Source of the DNA: Mobula hypostoma
Taxonomy: Eukaryota
Length of the DNA stretch: 64,000 nt
Assembly (NCBI RefSeq): GCF_963921235.1
Contig: NC_086097.1
Span: forward strand, 232,130,001 to 232,194,000
Reading direction: 5' to 3'
Both the position numbers and the translations under genes were made by a program. The notes below the pieces were generated by a model. That model was given only the letters and a program-made list of their open reading frames with translations. It did not search any database and was not told the origin of the DNA. Within the stretch, counting starts at the first letter, position 1, and every line of letters starts with the position of its first letter. Shown one piece after another: positions 36,142-48,999 of this stretch.

Positions 36142-36859
36142 TATATATCCTGTGCCTTCTGAATTGCTCACAGAAATTCCAGCCATTGCTACTCTGCTGT
36201 CATTCCCGCCAGTGTTATTTTCCAATTAATTCTGGCCAGCTCCTCTCTCATGTATCTGTAATTACCTTTAATCCACTGTAATACTGATACATCTGACTTT
36301 AGCTTCCCTTTCTCAAATTGCAGGATGAATTTGATCATGTTGTGATCACTTGCCCCTAAGGGTTCTTTTACTTTAAGCTCCCTAATCAATACTGGTTCAT
36401 TACAGAATAGCTGATCTCCTAGTGGGCTCAACCATGAGCTGCCCCAAAAAGTCATATCATGGGCACTTGAAATTCCTCCTCTTGGGGATCCAGCACCAGC
36501 CTCATTTTCCCAATCTTCCTGCATATTGAAATTCCCCATGACTATTGTAATATTGCCCTTTTGGCATGCATTTTCAATATCACATTGTAACTTGTAGACC
36601 ACATCCTTACGACCGTTTGGGGGTCTGTATATAACGCCCATCAAGGTCTTTTTGCTCTTGCAGTTCCTTAGCACTACCCACAGCTATTCAACATCTTCTA
36701 CAACTCTAAGTCACCTCTTTCTAATGATTTGATTTCATTTTTACCAACAGAGCCATGCCACACCCTCTGCCTACCTGCCTGTCCTTTTGATACAATGTCT
36801 ATCCTTGGACATTTAGCTCCCAGCCATAATATTCTTTCAGCCATGACTCAGTGACTCAT

Positions 36860-39800
36860 ACAACCTATCGATTCATAGACAGTGAGAGCTTTGCTCAGGC
36901 TGGGGAGAAAAGTTAAAAAAAGGAGCATTTCCCGGGGCTTGGTGCATTAGCGGCGGACCAATCAATTCGAAGAGAGAGAGAGAGCTTTGCACAGGTCAGG
37001 GAGAAGAATTTTTAAAAAGGAGCGTTTGGTGGAACCCGGCGCATTAGAATAGTGGGTATAACTGTGAGGCCCGTTTTCTGTTCTGGGTGTGAGATGTGGG
37101 ATGTCCAGGAGACTTCCAGCCTCCCTGATGGCTACATCTGCACCAGATGCATCAAGTTGCGGCTCCTTAGGGACCGAGTTAGGGAGGTGGAGGCTGCAGT
37201 TCGATGACCTTCAACTTTTTAGGGAGATTGAGGAGTTGATAGACAGGAGCTATAGGCAGGTAGTCCTCTGGGGCCAGAGGAGACAGATAAGTGGGTGAAC
37301 GTCAGGAGAGGGAAGGGAGGCTGTCAGGTAGTGGAGAGTACCCCTGTGGCTGTCCCCCTTAACAATAAGTACTGTTTGAGTGCTGCTGGGGGGGGGGTGC
37401 GGGGACTGCCTGGGGGAAGCAACAGTGGCACTGAGTCTGGCCCTGTGGCTCAGAGGGGTAGGGAACAGAAGAGGAGGGCAGCGGTAATAGGGAACTCTAT
37501 AGTTAAGGAGACAGATAGGCAATTCTGTGGGCGCGAAAAAGAAAAAAGGATGTTCGTTTGCCTCCCAGGTGCCAGAGTTTGTGATGTTTCATATCCTGAA
37601 ATGGGAGGGTGAGCAGCCAGAGGGCGTGGTACATATTGGTACCTACCAACGACATAGGTAGAAAAAGGGTGGAGGTCCTGAAAGCAGAGTACAGGGAGTT
37701 AGGAAGGAAGGTGAGAAGCAGGACCTCAAACATAGTAATCTTGTGATTGCTGCCTGTGCCACACAACAGAGAGTATAGGAATAGAATGAGGTGGAGCATA
37801 AATGCGTGGCTGAAGGATTGGAGTAGGGGGCAGGGATTCAGGATTTTGGATCATTGGGACCCCTTCTGGGGCAAGTGTGATCTGTACAAAAAGGACGGTT
37901 TGCACTTGAATCCAAGGGGGACCAATATCCTTGCGGGGAGGTTTGGTAAGGCTATTGGAGAGGGTTTAAACTAGATTTTCAGGGGGATGGGAACCAAAGT
38001 AAAGAGGCAGAGGATGGGGAGGTTGGAGCACAAGTAGAGACAGCTTGTAGGGAGCTTGTGAGGAAGGATAGGCAGATGCTGGCGCAAAGATGCACCTAGC
38101 CTGATGGTTTGAAATGGGTCTATTTTAATGCAAGGAGCATCATAAACAGGGCGGATGGACTTAGAGCATGGACTTATACGTGAAACTGTGACGTTGCTGC
38201 CATTACAGAGACTTGGATGTCTCAGGAGCAGAAATGGCCACTGAGTGTGCCAGGCTTCAAATGTTTCAAAAATAACAGAGAGGGAGGCAGAAGAGGTGGG
38301 GCATGGCATTGCTAATTAGTGATAGTGTCACGGCTGCAGAAAAGGAGGGAGTCATGGAGGGATTGTCTACTGAGTCAGTGTGGATGGAAATCAGAAACAG
38401 GAAAGGGGCAATAACTCCACTGGCTGTTTTTATAGACCCCCCAATAGTAACAGGGACATTGAGGAGCAGATAGGGAGGCAGATTCTGGAACGGTGCATAA
38501 CAACGGTTAAAGGTTGTTATGATGGGAGATTTTAACTTTTCTAATACTGATTGGCTTCTCCTTAGCACAAAGGGTTTAGATGGGGTGGACCTTGTTAGGT
38601 GTGTTCAGGAAAGTTTCCTGACACATTATATAGATAAGCCAAGTAGAGGAAAGGCTGTACTTGAAATGAACCTGGTCTGGTGTGAGCTCTCTTGGTGGGA
38701 GAACATTTTGGAGGTAGTAACCACAACTCTATCTCTTTCGCCATAGCGCTGGAGAGGATAGGAGCAGATAATCTGGGAAAACATTTAATTGGGGTGGGGG
38801 AAATATGATGCTATTAGGCAGGAACTTGGAAGCATAAACTTGGGAGCATGAATTTCTCAGGGAAATGCATGGCAGAAATGTGGCAAATGTTCGGGGAACA
38901 TTTACATGGAGTTCTGCATAGATATGTTCCATTCAGACCGGCAAAGGATGGTAGAGTTAAAGAACCATGGTGTACAAAGTATGTAGAAAATCTAGTTAAG
39001 AAGAAAAGAAAAGCTTACGAAAGGTTAAAGAAACTAGGCACTGTTAGAGCTCTAGAAAATTACAAGGTTGCTGAGAGAGAGCTTAAGAATGGAAATAGGA
39101 GAGCCAGAAGGGGCCATGAGAAGGCCTTGAGGAAAACCCCAAGGCACTCTACAAGTAAGTGAAGAGCAAGAGGATGAGCCATATGAGAATAGGACCAATC
39201 AGGTGTGAGAGTGGAAACATTTGCGTGGAGTTGGAGGAAGTAGCGGAGGTAATTAATGAAGACTTTGCTTCAGTGTTCACCGGGGAAAAAGACCTTAGCA
39301 ATTGTGGGGACGACCTACAGCGGACTGAAATGCTTGAGCATATAGACATTAAGAAACTGGAGCTTTTGAAAAGCATTAAGCTAGATAAGTCACCAGGACC
39401 AGATGAGATATATCCCAGGCTACTGTGGGAATTGAGGGAGAAGATTGCTGAGCCTCTTGCGATGATCATTGGATCATCAATAGGGAGAGGAGAAGTATAT
39501 GGGGATTGGAGGCTTCCAAATGTTTTTCCCTTGTTCAAGAAAGGGAGTAGAGATAACCCAGGAAACTATAGACCAGTGAGTCTGCCTTCAGTGGAGGGCA
39601 AGTTATCGGAGAAGATCCAGAGAGGCAGGATTTATGAGGACTTGGGGAGACATAATCTGATTAGAGATAGACAGCATAGCTTTGTCAAGGGCAGTTCGTG
39701 CCTTACGAGCCTGATTGAATTCTTTGAGGAAGTAACAAAACGCACTGATGAAGGTAGAGCAGTGGATGTAGTGTATATGGACTTCAGTAATGCATTTGAT

Positions 39801-40927
39801 AAGGTTCCCCATGCAAGGCTCCTTCAGAAAGTAAGGAGGCATGAGATCCAAGGAGACCTTGCTTTGTGGATCCAGAATTGGCTTACTCAGAGAAGGAAGA
39901 ATGTGGTTGTAGATGTTGCATGGCGGTCGGTGACCAGTGGTGTTTCGTAGGTATCTGTTGTGGGACCCTCCCTCTTTGTGAGTTTTATAAATGACTGGAT
40001 GAAGAAGTAGAAGGGTGGGTTAGTAAGTTTGCTGATGACATAAAAGTTCGGGGTGTCAGAGGGTCTGGAGGGTTGTCAGAGGTTACAGCAGGACATCGAT
40101 AGGATGCAGAACTAGGCTGAGAAGTGGAAGATGGACCTCAACCCAGATAAAAGTGAAGTGGTCCATTTTGGTAGGTCCAGTTTGAAGACAGAATATAATA
40201 TAAATGGTAAGACTCTTGGCAGTGTGGAGGACGTGAGAAATCTTGGGGTCCGCGTCCATAGGATACTCAAAGCTGCGTCGCAGGTTGACAGTGTTGTTAA
40301 GAAGGCGTGTGGTGTGTTGGCATTCATCAACCGTGGGATTAAGTTCAAAATCCATGAGGTAATGTTACAGCTATATAAGACCTTGGTCAGACCCCACTTG
40401 GAGTACTGTGTTCAGTTCTGGCCACCTCACTACAGGAATGAGGTGGATACTATAGAGAGAGTGCAAAGGAGATTTTCAAGGATGGTGCCTGGATTGGAGG
40501 GTGTACCTTATGAGAATAGGTTGAGTGTACTTGGCCTTTTCTCCTTGAAGCGATGGAAGATGAGAGGTGACCTGACAGAGATGTATAAGATGATGAGAGG
40601 CATTGACCATGTGGATAGCCAGAGGCTTTTTCCCAGGGCTGAAAAAGCTAGTATGAGGGGGCACAGTTTTAAGGTGCTTGGAAACAGGTCAGGTGTGAGT
40701 TTTTCACACAGAGAGTGGTGGGTGTGTGGAATGCACTGCCAGTGGCAGTGGTAGAAGCAGATACAGTATGGTCTTTTAAGAGCCTTTTAGATAGGTACAT
40801 GGAGCTTAGTAAAATAGAGGGCTTTCCACTAGGGAAATTCTAAGCAGTCTCCAGAGGAGGTTACATGGTCAGCACAACATTGTGGGTCGAAGGGCCTGTA
40901 ATGTGCTGTAAATTCCTTTGATCTATG
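36860..40927 (+). mobile_element. Full-length decayed CR1 LINE (5' UTR repeats, zinc finger/esterase ORF1, EN-RT ORF2)
   Basis: ORF1 motifs CEMW..YICTRC, VIGNSIV and DGLHLN. ORF2 pieces at 38100-40754, including the 263-aa RT segment 39159-39950. Many stops and frameshifts. Confidence 0.93.
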
Positions 40928-41254
40928 TTAGACATGCCAATCTGTAACTGTACTACAAGTTCATCTACTTTATTCCATATACTGCATGCATTCAAATATA
41001 ACACGGTTAGTCCTGTATTCACTGCTTTTGATTTTGTCTGCCTTTTACACTGCAATTCATCCCGTCGACGGCAATTTTTCCCTGTCTTCAGTCTCCTTGC
41101 TAGCATTCTCACTACACCCTGCCTCTGTTTGTAAACCAACTACCTCATCCTCAAAACTACCACTCTGGTTCCCAATGCCCTGCCAATACATCTTTCCTGA
41201 GATTCTATTCCCAAACCCAAACTAATGTGCTGTGTTTCACAAACCCTGACATAC

Positions 41255-41505
41255 AAAAGAAAACCTGCAGATGTTGGAAATCCAAGCAACACACACAAAA
41301 TGCTGGAAGAACTCAGCAGGTCAGGCAGCATCTATGGAAAGGAATAAACGATTTAGATTTCATACCAAGATCTTCATACGGACTCTCAGCCCTAAATGGC
41401 AACTATTTATTCTTCCCATAGATGCTGCCTGACCATCTGAGTTCCTCCAGCTCTTTGTATGTGTTACATTGGATTTGCAGCATTTGCTGAATCTCTTGTG
41501 TTTAT
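41255..41505. mobile_element. Palindromic PLE pLTR derivative, more diverged
   Basis: CTGCAGATGTTGGAAATCCAAG..GGCAGCATCTATGG / CCATAGATGCTGCC..TTGGATTTGCAGCATTTGC inverted arms. Confidence 0.8.
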
Positions 41506-42100
41506 AAATCACTCTGTTTTACTTTAAAACTCTCTTGAAATAAAGGCCAACTCTCCATTGCACTTCTTTGATTACTTTTTGGGTCTGCACACTAAATTTT
41601 CAGCAATTTGTGCACTCGAATACCTAAATCTTTTGCCCTTAAACTGCTTCTAATCTTCATCATTGTATCCAGTGCTTTGTGCTCTGATTCACAGTGGATG
41701 ATCTCACAGTTCCTTCGTCATAGTTTACTTTTCCTTACAGAGAATCTATCTATATATGTCCCTATGTCTAGCTATGTCTCTTTGTCATTTCCTGTATGGA
41801 TCCAAGTACAGTATAATTTCTAACTGGTTATTTTGGGATGTGAATTCAAATCGTGCATCATTAGCCCAGTGTCTCAAGCACTACAATACCCTTTCCTTTG
41901 ACCTTGCTTGATCTGAAGAGGGGATAATTCATGGCAATAGTCAAGGTCAGTCTGGACCTATTGAATAGGATGATATGATCCTTTCCTTACAGGGCTATGC
42001 AAACTGGTTGAACTTTTACAAGCATGCTCTTCAGGATTTACAGAATTCACTGTCTTGCTACAACTGGATTTATGTCTCAGCTTCTGAAATGCCTTATTCT

Positions 42101-42705
42101 CAGACATCCCACCTCACCCGGAAGTTCCGGGAGTCTCCCGCATATTAGTACTGGTTCCCTGATGCCCGCAAATTATATACAATGTCCCGGAAACCAATTT
42201 TTTTCAGAGAGAGCGAGCGAGAGAAAGCAAGAGGGAGCGCAAGAGCGACCACGAGAGAGAGAGCGAAAGAAAGCAAGCGAGAGCGCGAGAGAGCGCACGA
42301 GCGACCATGAGAGAGAGAGCGCGAGAGAGAGAGAGAGAGAGCTAGAGCGCGCCATGGCAAAGTGTTCCAAAAAAAAGAAAATATAAAACGTATGTCACCC
42401 CAGACTACACTAAAGTGTACCCCTGCCTAATAGGGGTCAAAATAATGACAGTGTTGCTCGCTGCACTGTTTGCAACAGCGACTGTTCTATTGCCCATGGT
42501 GGGATAAGACTGTAAAAGACATGTTGAGGTAAGTTTAACAGGTGTCATTCATTCACTAGCATAGCTAACGTTATTTAAACCAGCTGGCTAGCTGCTAAGG
42601 AGCTACTCTATTGCAGACATCCCACCTCTCCTGGAAGTTCCGGGAGCCTCCCGCAAACTGATGGTGCTACCTTCGTGAAATGAGTTTTGCAGGGTGGGAT
42701 GTCTG
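42101..42705 (+). mobile_element. Non-autonomous hAT-like DNA transposon with a 6-bp TSD and a BED-finger remnant
   Basis: TIRs CAGACATCCCACC / GGTGGGATGTCTG. TSD TATTCT at 42095-42100 and 42706-42711. Frameshifted MAKCSKKRKYKT..ARCTVCNSDCSIAHGG..DCKRHVE at 42354-42528. Confidence 0.85.
42205..42350 (+). repeat. GA/GAGC-rich microsatellite inside the hAT element
   Basis: Imperfect (GA)n and (GAGC)n run. Confidence 0.9.
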
Positions 42706-42821
42706 TATTCTGTACCACAGTCACCAAGCTATCATGCCTGGTGTTGTTCTCTGTAAATTCTGAGTTCTCTTAGTAGAACAATAGCCTACTTTTATACAGT
42801 ACATTGCAGTAGCGGTATTAG

Positions 42822-43490
42822 CAATGAGGATAGTGTAGCGGTTAGTGCAGTGCCCTACAGCACCAGCTATAGGACTGGGGTTCGATTCTCAGTGCTGTCA
42901 GTGGTGGGTTTGTACTATATGTCCTCCCTTTGACCTCATGGATTACCTCTGGGTGCTCCAGTTTCCACCAATGTCCCAAAAACGTACAGCTAGTGTTAGT
43001 GAGTTGTGGATAGCACCGGAAGCATGGCGACACAGCACAGGCAAAGCTCAGCACTGATTCGATTTGATGCAAATGAGTGGATGTGGCAAAGTTGTTTCCC
43101 ATGATGGGGGAGTCTAGTATGAGAGGGCATGACTTAAGGATCGAAGGGCGCCCATTCAGAACAGAAATGCGAAGAAATTTTTTTAGTCAGAGGGTGGTGA
43201 ATCTATGGAATTTGTTGCCACGGGCAGCAGTGGAGGCCAAGTCATTGGGTGTATTTAAGGCAGAGGTTGATAGGTATCTGAGTAGCCAGGGCATCAAAGG
43301 TTATGGTGAGAAGGCAGGGGAGTGGAACTAAATGGGAGAATGGATCAGCTCATGATAAAATGGCGGAGCAGACTTGATGGGCCGAATGGCCGACTGCTGC
43401 TCCTTTGTCTTATGGTCTTATGGTCAAATCACACATTTCATTGTATGTTTCAATATACATGTGAAGTTTAAAGTTAAGCTTTAATCTTTA
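42822..43490 (+). mobile_element. tRNA-derived SINE (V-SINE-like core) interrupted by a CR1 3' fragment
   Basis: TAGTGTAGCGGTTAG and GGGTTCGATTCT boxes, GGGTGCTCCAGTTTCC core. The tail resumes at about 43430. Similar to the copy at 63135. Confidence 0.75.
43077..43425 (+). mobile_element. Well-preserved CR1 3' fragment
   Basis: ORF 43077-43331 (RRNFFSQRVVNLWNLLP) and a (TCTTATGG)n tail. Confidence 0.9.
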
Positions 43491-44249
43491 AAATACACCA
43501 AAGTGTTCCAGGAAACAAAATTTAACAACAAAAACAGAAAACGTTAGAGGAATAGAGTTTATCCAGCATTTTGGTTTTCTGTGTCACATTCCAGTGTTGG
43601 CAGTTTTATTTATTTTCCAAAATTTGACACAGAACCACATAATTAAGTCGAGTTTATTGTCATATGCATAAGTACAGTAAGATATAGGTAGAACAAAAAA
43701 AGAACAGGAATATACTGTAGATTCAGAACATGCACATACCTGTGATGTTGTTGCAAATTTTTCATTGTACTTGTATCTCATTGCACAAATGAATAAACTC
43801 ACATTGACTTGGCTTATACATGGACTGACTGACACTGGCTTATAATTGCCCAGGTTTGCAGCTGACCTCCAAATGAAATACCTCATCCAGAAGCCAAATC
43901 CATTTCTGACATTCAAACACATTCAGAAAAACATTCAAACCCTGTTAACCTTATTAGAAACTTCCAAAAAACATGACATTTGTAAAAAAAAATTAAAGAA
44001 ATAAATCCAAATAGATGAAACATAGATGTAGTTAAACACAATAAAATATTAAGTAATCTAAGGAATCCTTATCTTGATCTCTTGAAGCTGTTCACCTCAA
44101 TTGATAAAAGTTATGAGGCAGTTCCTGCATCAGGAAGTTCAGGCAACTTCCAACAGATCAAGGAAGCCTAGTCAGAAAAAAAAACAGCTGTAAACCATTG
44201 ACTCCAACCTCATGACTTGTGTTTGCATCTGTAAACCTCAGTGTTCCAC

Positions 44250-46200
44250 ACAGTTATGCAGGGAATGGTTGGCATGTATACAAATGAACATAAAGCATTT
44301 GAAAACAAGGTTGGGGGTTTTAAATCTGAGAACCATTGGACCAGGGAGTAACGTGGATGAGAGAGCAATGTGCAATGAGTGAATGGGACGAATAGAATAT
44401 GACCAAATTTTTTGATATCAAAATATCTTCGACTTACATGATATTGGTGATAACCTTAAGGCACCCCCCAGGTGCTTTTCAGCTACCAATGTAGGTTTTG
44501 TAGTATATTCTGGTGGAAGAGGGAGGTCCAAATGTAAAGAGGATGGATGAAAGTTTAGGGATTGAAGATAGAAGCAGACTTTTCTTGTGATGGAGTGGAT
44601 AAGGAGGAGGGAGGAGAAGATGGCGGCGCGACGCAGTGCGCGCGGCCATTCCGAACGAATATCATATGTGTACAATCCTGATTTGATGGAGACAGCCGTG
44701 AGAAGCACGGAGGAACATCTGGAGGAACTTCTGAAATACCCGCTTCGCTGCCGCTGCTACTGTGTGATCGAGAATCTCCGGAGACGAAGGCCCCAAATCC
44801 TCAGCTTTGCCTTTTGCCTGTTGCCGGGGCCGGGGTCGAAGCGCTCAGCAGAGATGGTGCTTGGTGTCGGAGAGCTGGTCAGAGGCTCGGAGTTTTTGGA
44901 CGGACTCGGAGTCGGACTGTGGTCGGATGCTTCCAGGATGCTGCGAGTTGGCGGCGCTGGAGGTTCACCATCTGCGTGAGATGATGGGACTTTCGAGAGA
45001 CTTTGAGACTTTTTATCGTGCCATGGTCTGTTCTTCATCAAATTACGGTATTGCTTTGCACTGTTGTAACTATATGTTATAATTATGTGGTTTTTGTTAG
45101 TTTTCAAGTCGGTTTGTCATGTGTTTCTGTGATATCATTCTGGAAAAACATTGTATCATTTCTTAATGCATGCATTACTAAATGACAATAAAAGAGGACT
45201 GCATGTCCTCATAATCATAATCATAATGTAGTTTGGAAAGCCAGCTTGATCAAATGCAACATCAAGTTTATGATTTAGATTCAGAAAGCTGACAGAGAGA
45301 GAAAGAAAAGGCATGGTCAGGTATTGTGTTTCTGTGGAGTGGGATAATGATTTCACACTTCCTCCTATTTAGTTGGTGGGAATTTCTATCATACAGGACC
45401 AGAAGTCAGTGTGACAAATTGCGTGGGGAGGAATGACCATGTGGTTGAACATCAAGCATCTGCTTCAGACAGTTATCATTGTGTTTTTAGGAAATGAGAT
45501 TTCTCAAATTATTTTCTCACTTTCTCCTTTTGGGCAGCATTTATATGAATCATGATTTTTTTTTTCCCCTCTGAGACTGTGAGGCTACATGTGAATGAGA
45601 AATGGAAGATGTGTCCTGAGGATATAGAGAATGATGGGGGTGATAGTGAGATGGTGATTTGAGTGGAGGTGAAATGAGGTGGGGGGCTGTTGATGGGCGG
45701 TGGACATGAATTGGGTATCAGAGAAAAGAGGTGTGGGAATTGAAAGGGAGGTTGTTGTTGGAGATTTGCTGGCTTCCAGGTAGTGGATTAGAATAGAAGA
45801 TCAACACAGCAAGACTGCAGAAAACAGCATTTGGAGTGGATGGTTTGCTGTCAAAGCCTGCTTATTGTTGCCACAGTCTCATGAGGCTTCACAAGAGGCT
45901 TTTTTGTTTTGGTAGCTGAACAGAAACTTGATTGGAGCATTCAGACATGGATTTCCCGGAGAACGGACACATGTTTGGGATGGGACTCAATGCTGAATGA
46001 TGTTCCAGAGAAAGGGGAGGTTGGAGTTTGAATACCAGGCTGTAAGGACAGAGGATTTAACAGAATTTTTTTGGTGGGGGGGATCATGACTGCCAAGAGA
46101 CTTGAAGCAAAAGGAGCAGAATGGAAAAGAGAAAGAAAGGAATAACATCTGTGGTTTTGCAAATCTAGCTTCATAGAAATAAGTATGTTGCATAGATTCA
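44250..46200 (-). mobile_element. Very old LINE remnant, possibly L2, hosting family X copy 3
   Basis: Purine-rich plus strand with weak resemblance to antisense L2 sequence. No clean protein motif was recovered. Confidence 0.35.
44603..45226 (+). mobile_element. Family X SINE-like element, copy 3
   Basis: GGAGGAGGGAGGAGAAGATGGCGGCG start and (ATAATC)n end. Confidence 0.92.
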
Positions 46201-46210
46201 GCATGTCATT

Positions 46211-46852
46211 GGAGGGAGGAGAAGATGGCGGCGCAACGCAGCACGTGTGGCCGTTCCAAATGATATTGTATGTGTAACTAGGGGCCGTGCACAATCCGGA
46301 TTTGATGGAGACAGCCGTGAGAAGCACAGAGGAACATCTGGAGTAACTCTGAAATGCCTGCTTAGCTGCCGCTGCTACTGTGCGATCGAGAATCTCCGGA
46401 GACGAAGGCCCCAAATCCTCGGCTTTGCCTTTTGCCTGTTGCCGGGGCCGGGGTCGAAGCACTCGGCAGAGATGGTGCTCGGTGCTCAGTATCGGAGAGC
46501 TGGTCGGAGGCTCGGAGTTTTCGGACGGACTTGGAGTCGGACTGTGGTCGGATGCTTCCAGGATGCTGCATCGGCAAGTTGGCGGCGCTGGAGGTTCACT
46601 GTCTGCGTGAGATGATGGGACTTTAGAGAGACTTTGAGACTTTTACTGTGCCATGGTCTGTTCTTATCAAATTACTTTGCACTGTTGTAACTATATGTTA
46701 TAATTATGTGTTTTTTGTTAGTTTTTAAGTTGGTTTGTCATGTGTTTTTTGTGATATCGTTCTGGAAAAACATTTTATCATTTCTTAATGCATGCATTAC
46801 TAAGTGACAATAAAAGGGGACTGCTTGTCCTCATAATCATAATCATAATCAT
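46211..46852 (+). mobile_element. Family X SINE-like element, copy 4
   Basis: GGAGGGAGGAGAAGATGGCGGCG start and (ATAATC)n end. Confidence 0.92.
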
Positions 46853-46854
46853 TT

Positions 46855-47450
46855 AAAATGTTGAAACTTCTATACGATGGAGAGTATACTGACTGGTTGT
46901 ATCACGGTCTGGTAGGGAAGTACCAATACCTAGGGATGGAAAAGTCTATAAAAGGTGGTAGGAAACAGCCCAGTCCATCACAGGAAAAGCCCTCCCTACC
47001 ATTGAGAATACCTACAAGAAGCACTGCCCCAAGAAAGCAGCACCCCTATCAAAGGCACCCATCATTCAGGCCATGCCCTTCTGTTGCTGTTACCATCAGG
47101 CTGGTGGTGTAAACGCCTTAGTTCCCACACGATCTGGTTCAAGAACAGTTATAGTCCTTCAACCAGCAGACTCCTGAACCAATGTGGTTAACTTCAACAC
47201 AACCTATAGACGGACTTTCAAAGACTCAACTTGATCTCAGATATTTAATCTTCCTTTTTATTATATTTATCATCCGCAACTTGTCTTCGTTTGCACATTG
47301 TTTGTCAGTTTTTGTTTTTGTATATTTTTTCATGAATTCTATTGTATTTCCTTATTTTCCTGTAAATATCTGCACAAAGGTTAAACTCAAGGCAGTATAT
47401 AGTGATGTATATATACTTTGATAATAAATTTATTTTGATTTCACTTTGAA
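46855..47450 (+). mobile_element. Rex1/Babar-type 3' fragment
   Basis: ESILTGCITVW motif and the shared tail. Confidence 0.8.
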
Positions 47451-48292
47451 AAGATGCTTGACATTCTGCAAGGAGTGAAAAGTCCTTGCTGAAATAAAAC
47501 AAAATGCTTACTTACATGTTATTTTGTGAATGCTGTTCTTAATATTAACTCAGCAAGTTCACAAGACAACATCATGATGAATAATGACCTGGCAAAATTA
47601 GTTGAGAAAGGTGTGTTCACCAGAACACTGGGAGAGATCTCCACTTACCTTTGTGTTGGAATGAGGTCCGTTAACCTCTTGCTGAACTAAAGATTAGGTA
47701 GCAAGCTTGATAACTCATCCAAAAGATGGCTGTTTCACAGATGCAGTTCTTCCCCAGTATCACACTATAATATCCACCCAGATTATTTGGTCGTCTTATA
47801 CTGCAGCTTCAATTGAGGCAAAAGTAGACTGGTGAAATTCATGACATGACTGTACACACAGTAGTTATACAAGAGTTTTAAACATGCTTATCAATATCTG
47901 CGCTTTGTTCCTTCTACCTACAAAGAATGACTTCTTCTCAGGCAGTTCGTCAGGATTGAAGGTGACTTGTTTTCCCTACAGTTTTGAAGTGGCTAATGAG
48001 GCCAATGCAGGAAAAGAAATCCCTTCTTCAAATGGGGCAGGAGTATTGGCTTATTATGCACCAAGGTACAGTGAGAAGTTTGTCTCGCATACCGTTCATA
48101 CAGATTGTGTTATTACACAGCGCGTTGAGCTAGAATAGCTTAAAACAATAACAATGTAGAATCAGGTGGGAGTGAGCGAGTGAGGCCTCCGTCGGCCAGG
48201 GTCGACCATGGACGCTGCATCCTAGCTATCTAGATCTTTATGTATCCACAGGCAAGAGATAGGAATCTGAAGTTTCAAGACATGTAATACCC

Positions 48293-48842
48293 ACTCAACA
48301 ACACACATAAAATGCTGGAGGAACTCAGCTAGTCAAAGTTCAAAGTTCAAAATAAATTTATTAACAACGTGCATATACGGTATGTTTCTGCAATTCATTT
48401 CCTTGCAGAGGAACAAAGAAATACAATAGAATCAATGAAAACTACACACAAAGACTGACAACCAACCAATGTGCAAAAAGAGAAACTGCAAATGCAAAAA
48501 GTAAATAAATAAATAATATTACCATAAAATGTGACCGAGGAGGATGGTCGGGGTTTATCGTTGAAATGTTGCAATCAGTATCGGTAAGCATGTGACTGTT
48601 AAAGCCAAAGGATAGTATGGATAGATCTGATAACCAATCACAAAGCTTCCATAGTCAAATAATATTGACAATGTGAGTTATAGATTCCTTGAAAGTTACA
48701 GCTGTATCTAGCGAGGGCAATTGAAACGTCGACTGTTTATTCCCTTCCATAGATGCTGCCAGACCCTCTGAGCTCTTCCAGCACTTTGTGTGTGTGTATT
48801 GTTCAAAATTTTGAGCATCTCCAGAATCTCTTGCGTTTATAC
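48293..48842. mobile_element. Disrupted PLE pLTR pieces flanking a minus-strand Rex1-type tail
   Basis: AAATGCTGGAGGAACTCAGC at about 48310 and GAAACGTCGACTG..ATAGATGCTGCC..AGAATCTCTTG at 48722-48835. Confidence 0.6.
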
Positions 48843-48999
48843 ATTCAACCCTTTCTCTAACTGACAGAAGCATCAAAATTATTTTTCTTAAGGTTTGTCA
48901 GCAAAGTTCACTAATGCAGCATCTTCCAAATATGATCATATTTGTTTGTTTCTCAGTGTTTTTGTATGGTTAAGTTCTAAACAACAGGAGAATAATCCA

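Larger units (their letters stand above)
35330..41190 (-). mobile_element. Internally deleted CR1 (35330-36855 plus 40928-41190) hosting a mariner MITE and a full-length CR1
   Basis: ORF 36189-36674 (VIYRPPN, SDHNMI) continues in ORF 40861-41139 (LYLNACSIWNKVDEL). Confidence 0.82.

Noticed and set aside
42024..42386. ER/RS-rich ORFs on both strands
   Set aside because: These are translations of a GA microsatellite.
47884..48138. 84-aa ORF with an internal acceptor-like TTTTCCCTACAG as a host exon
   Set aside because: The region looks like a patchwork of antisense retroelement scraps, with no convincing donor or recognisable protein.
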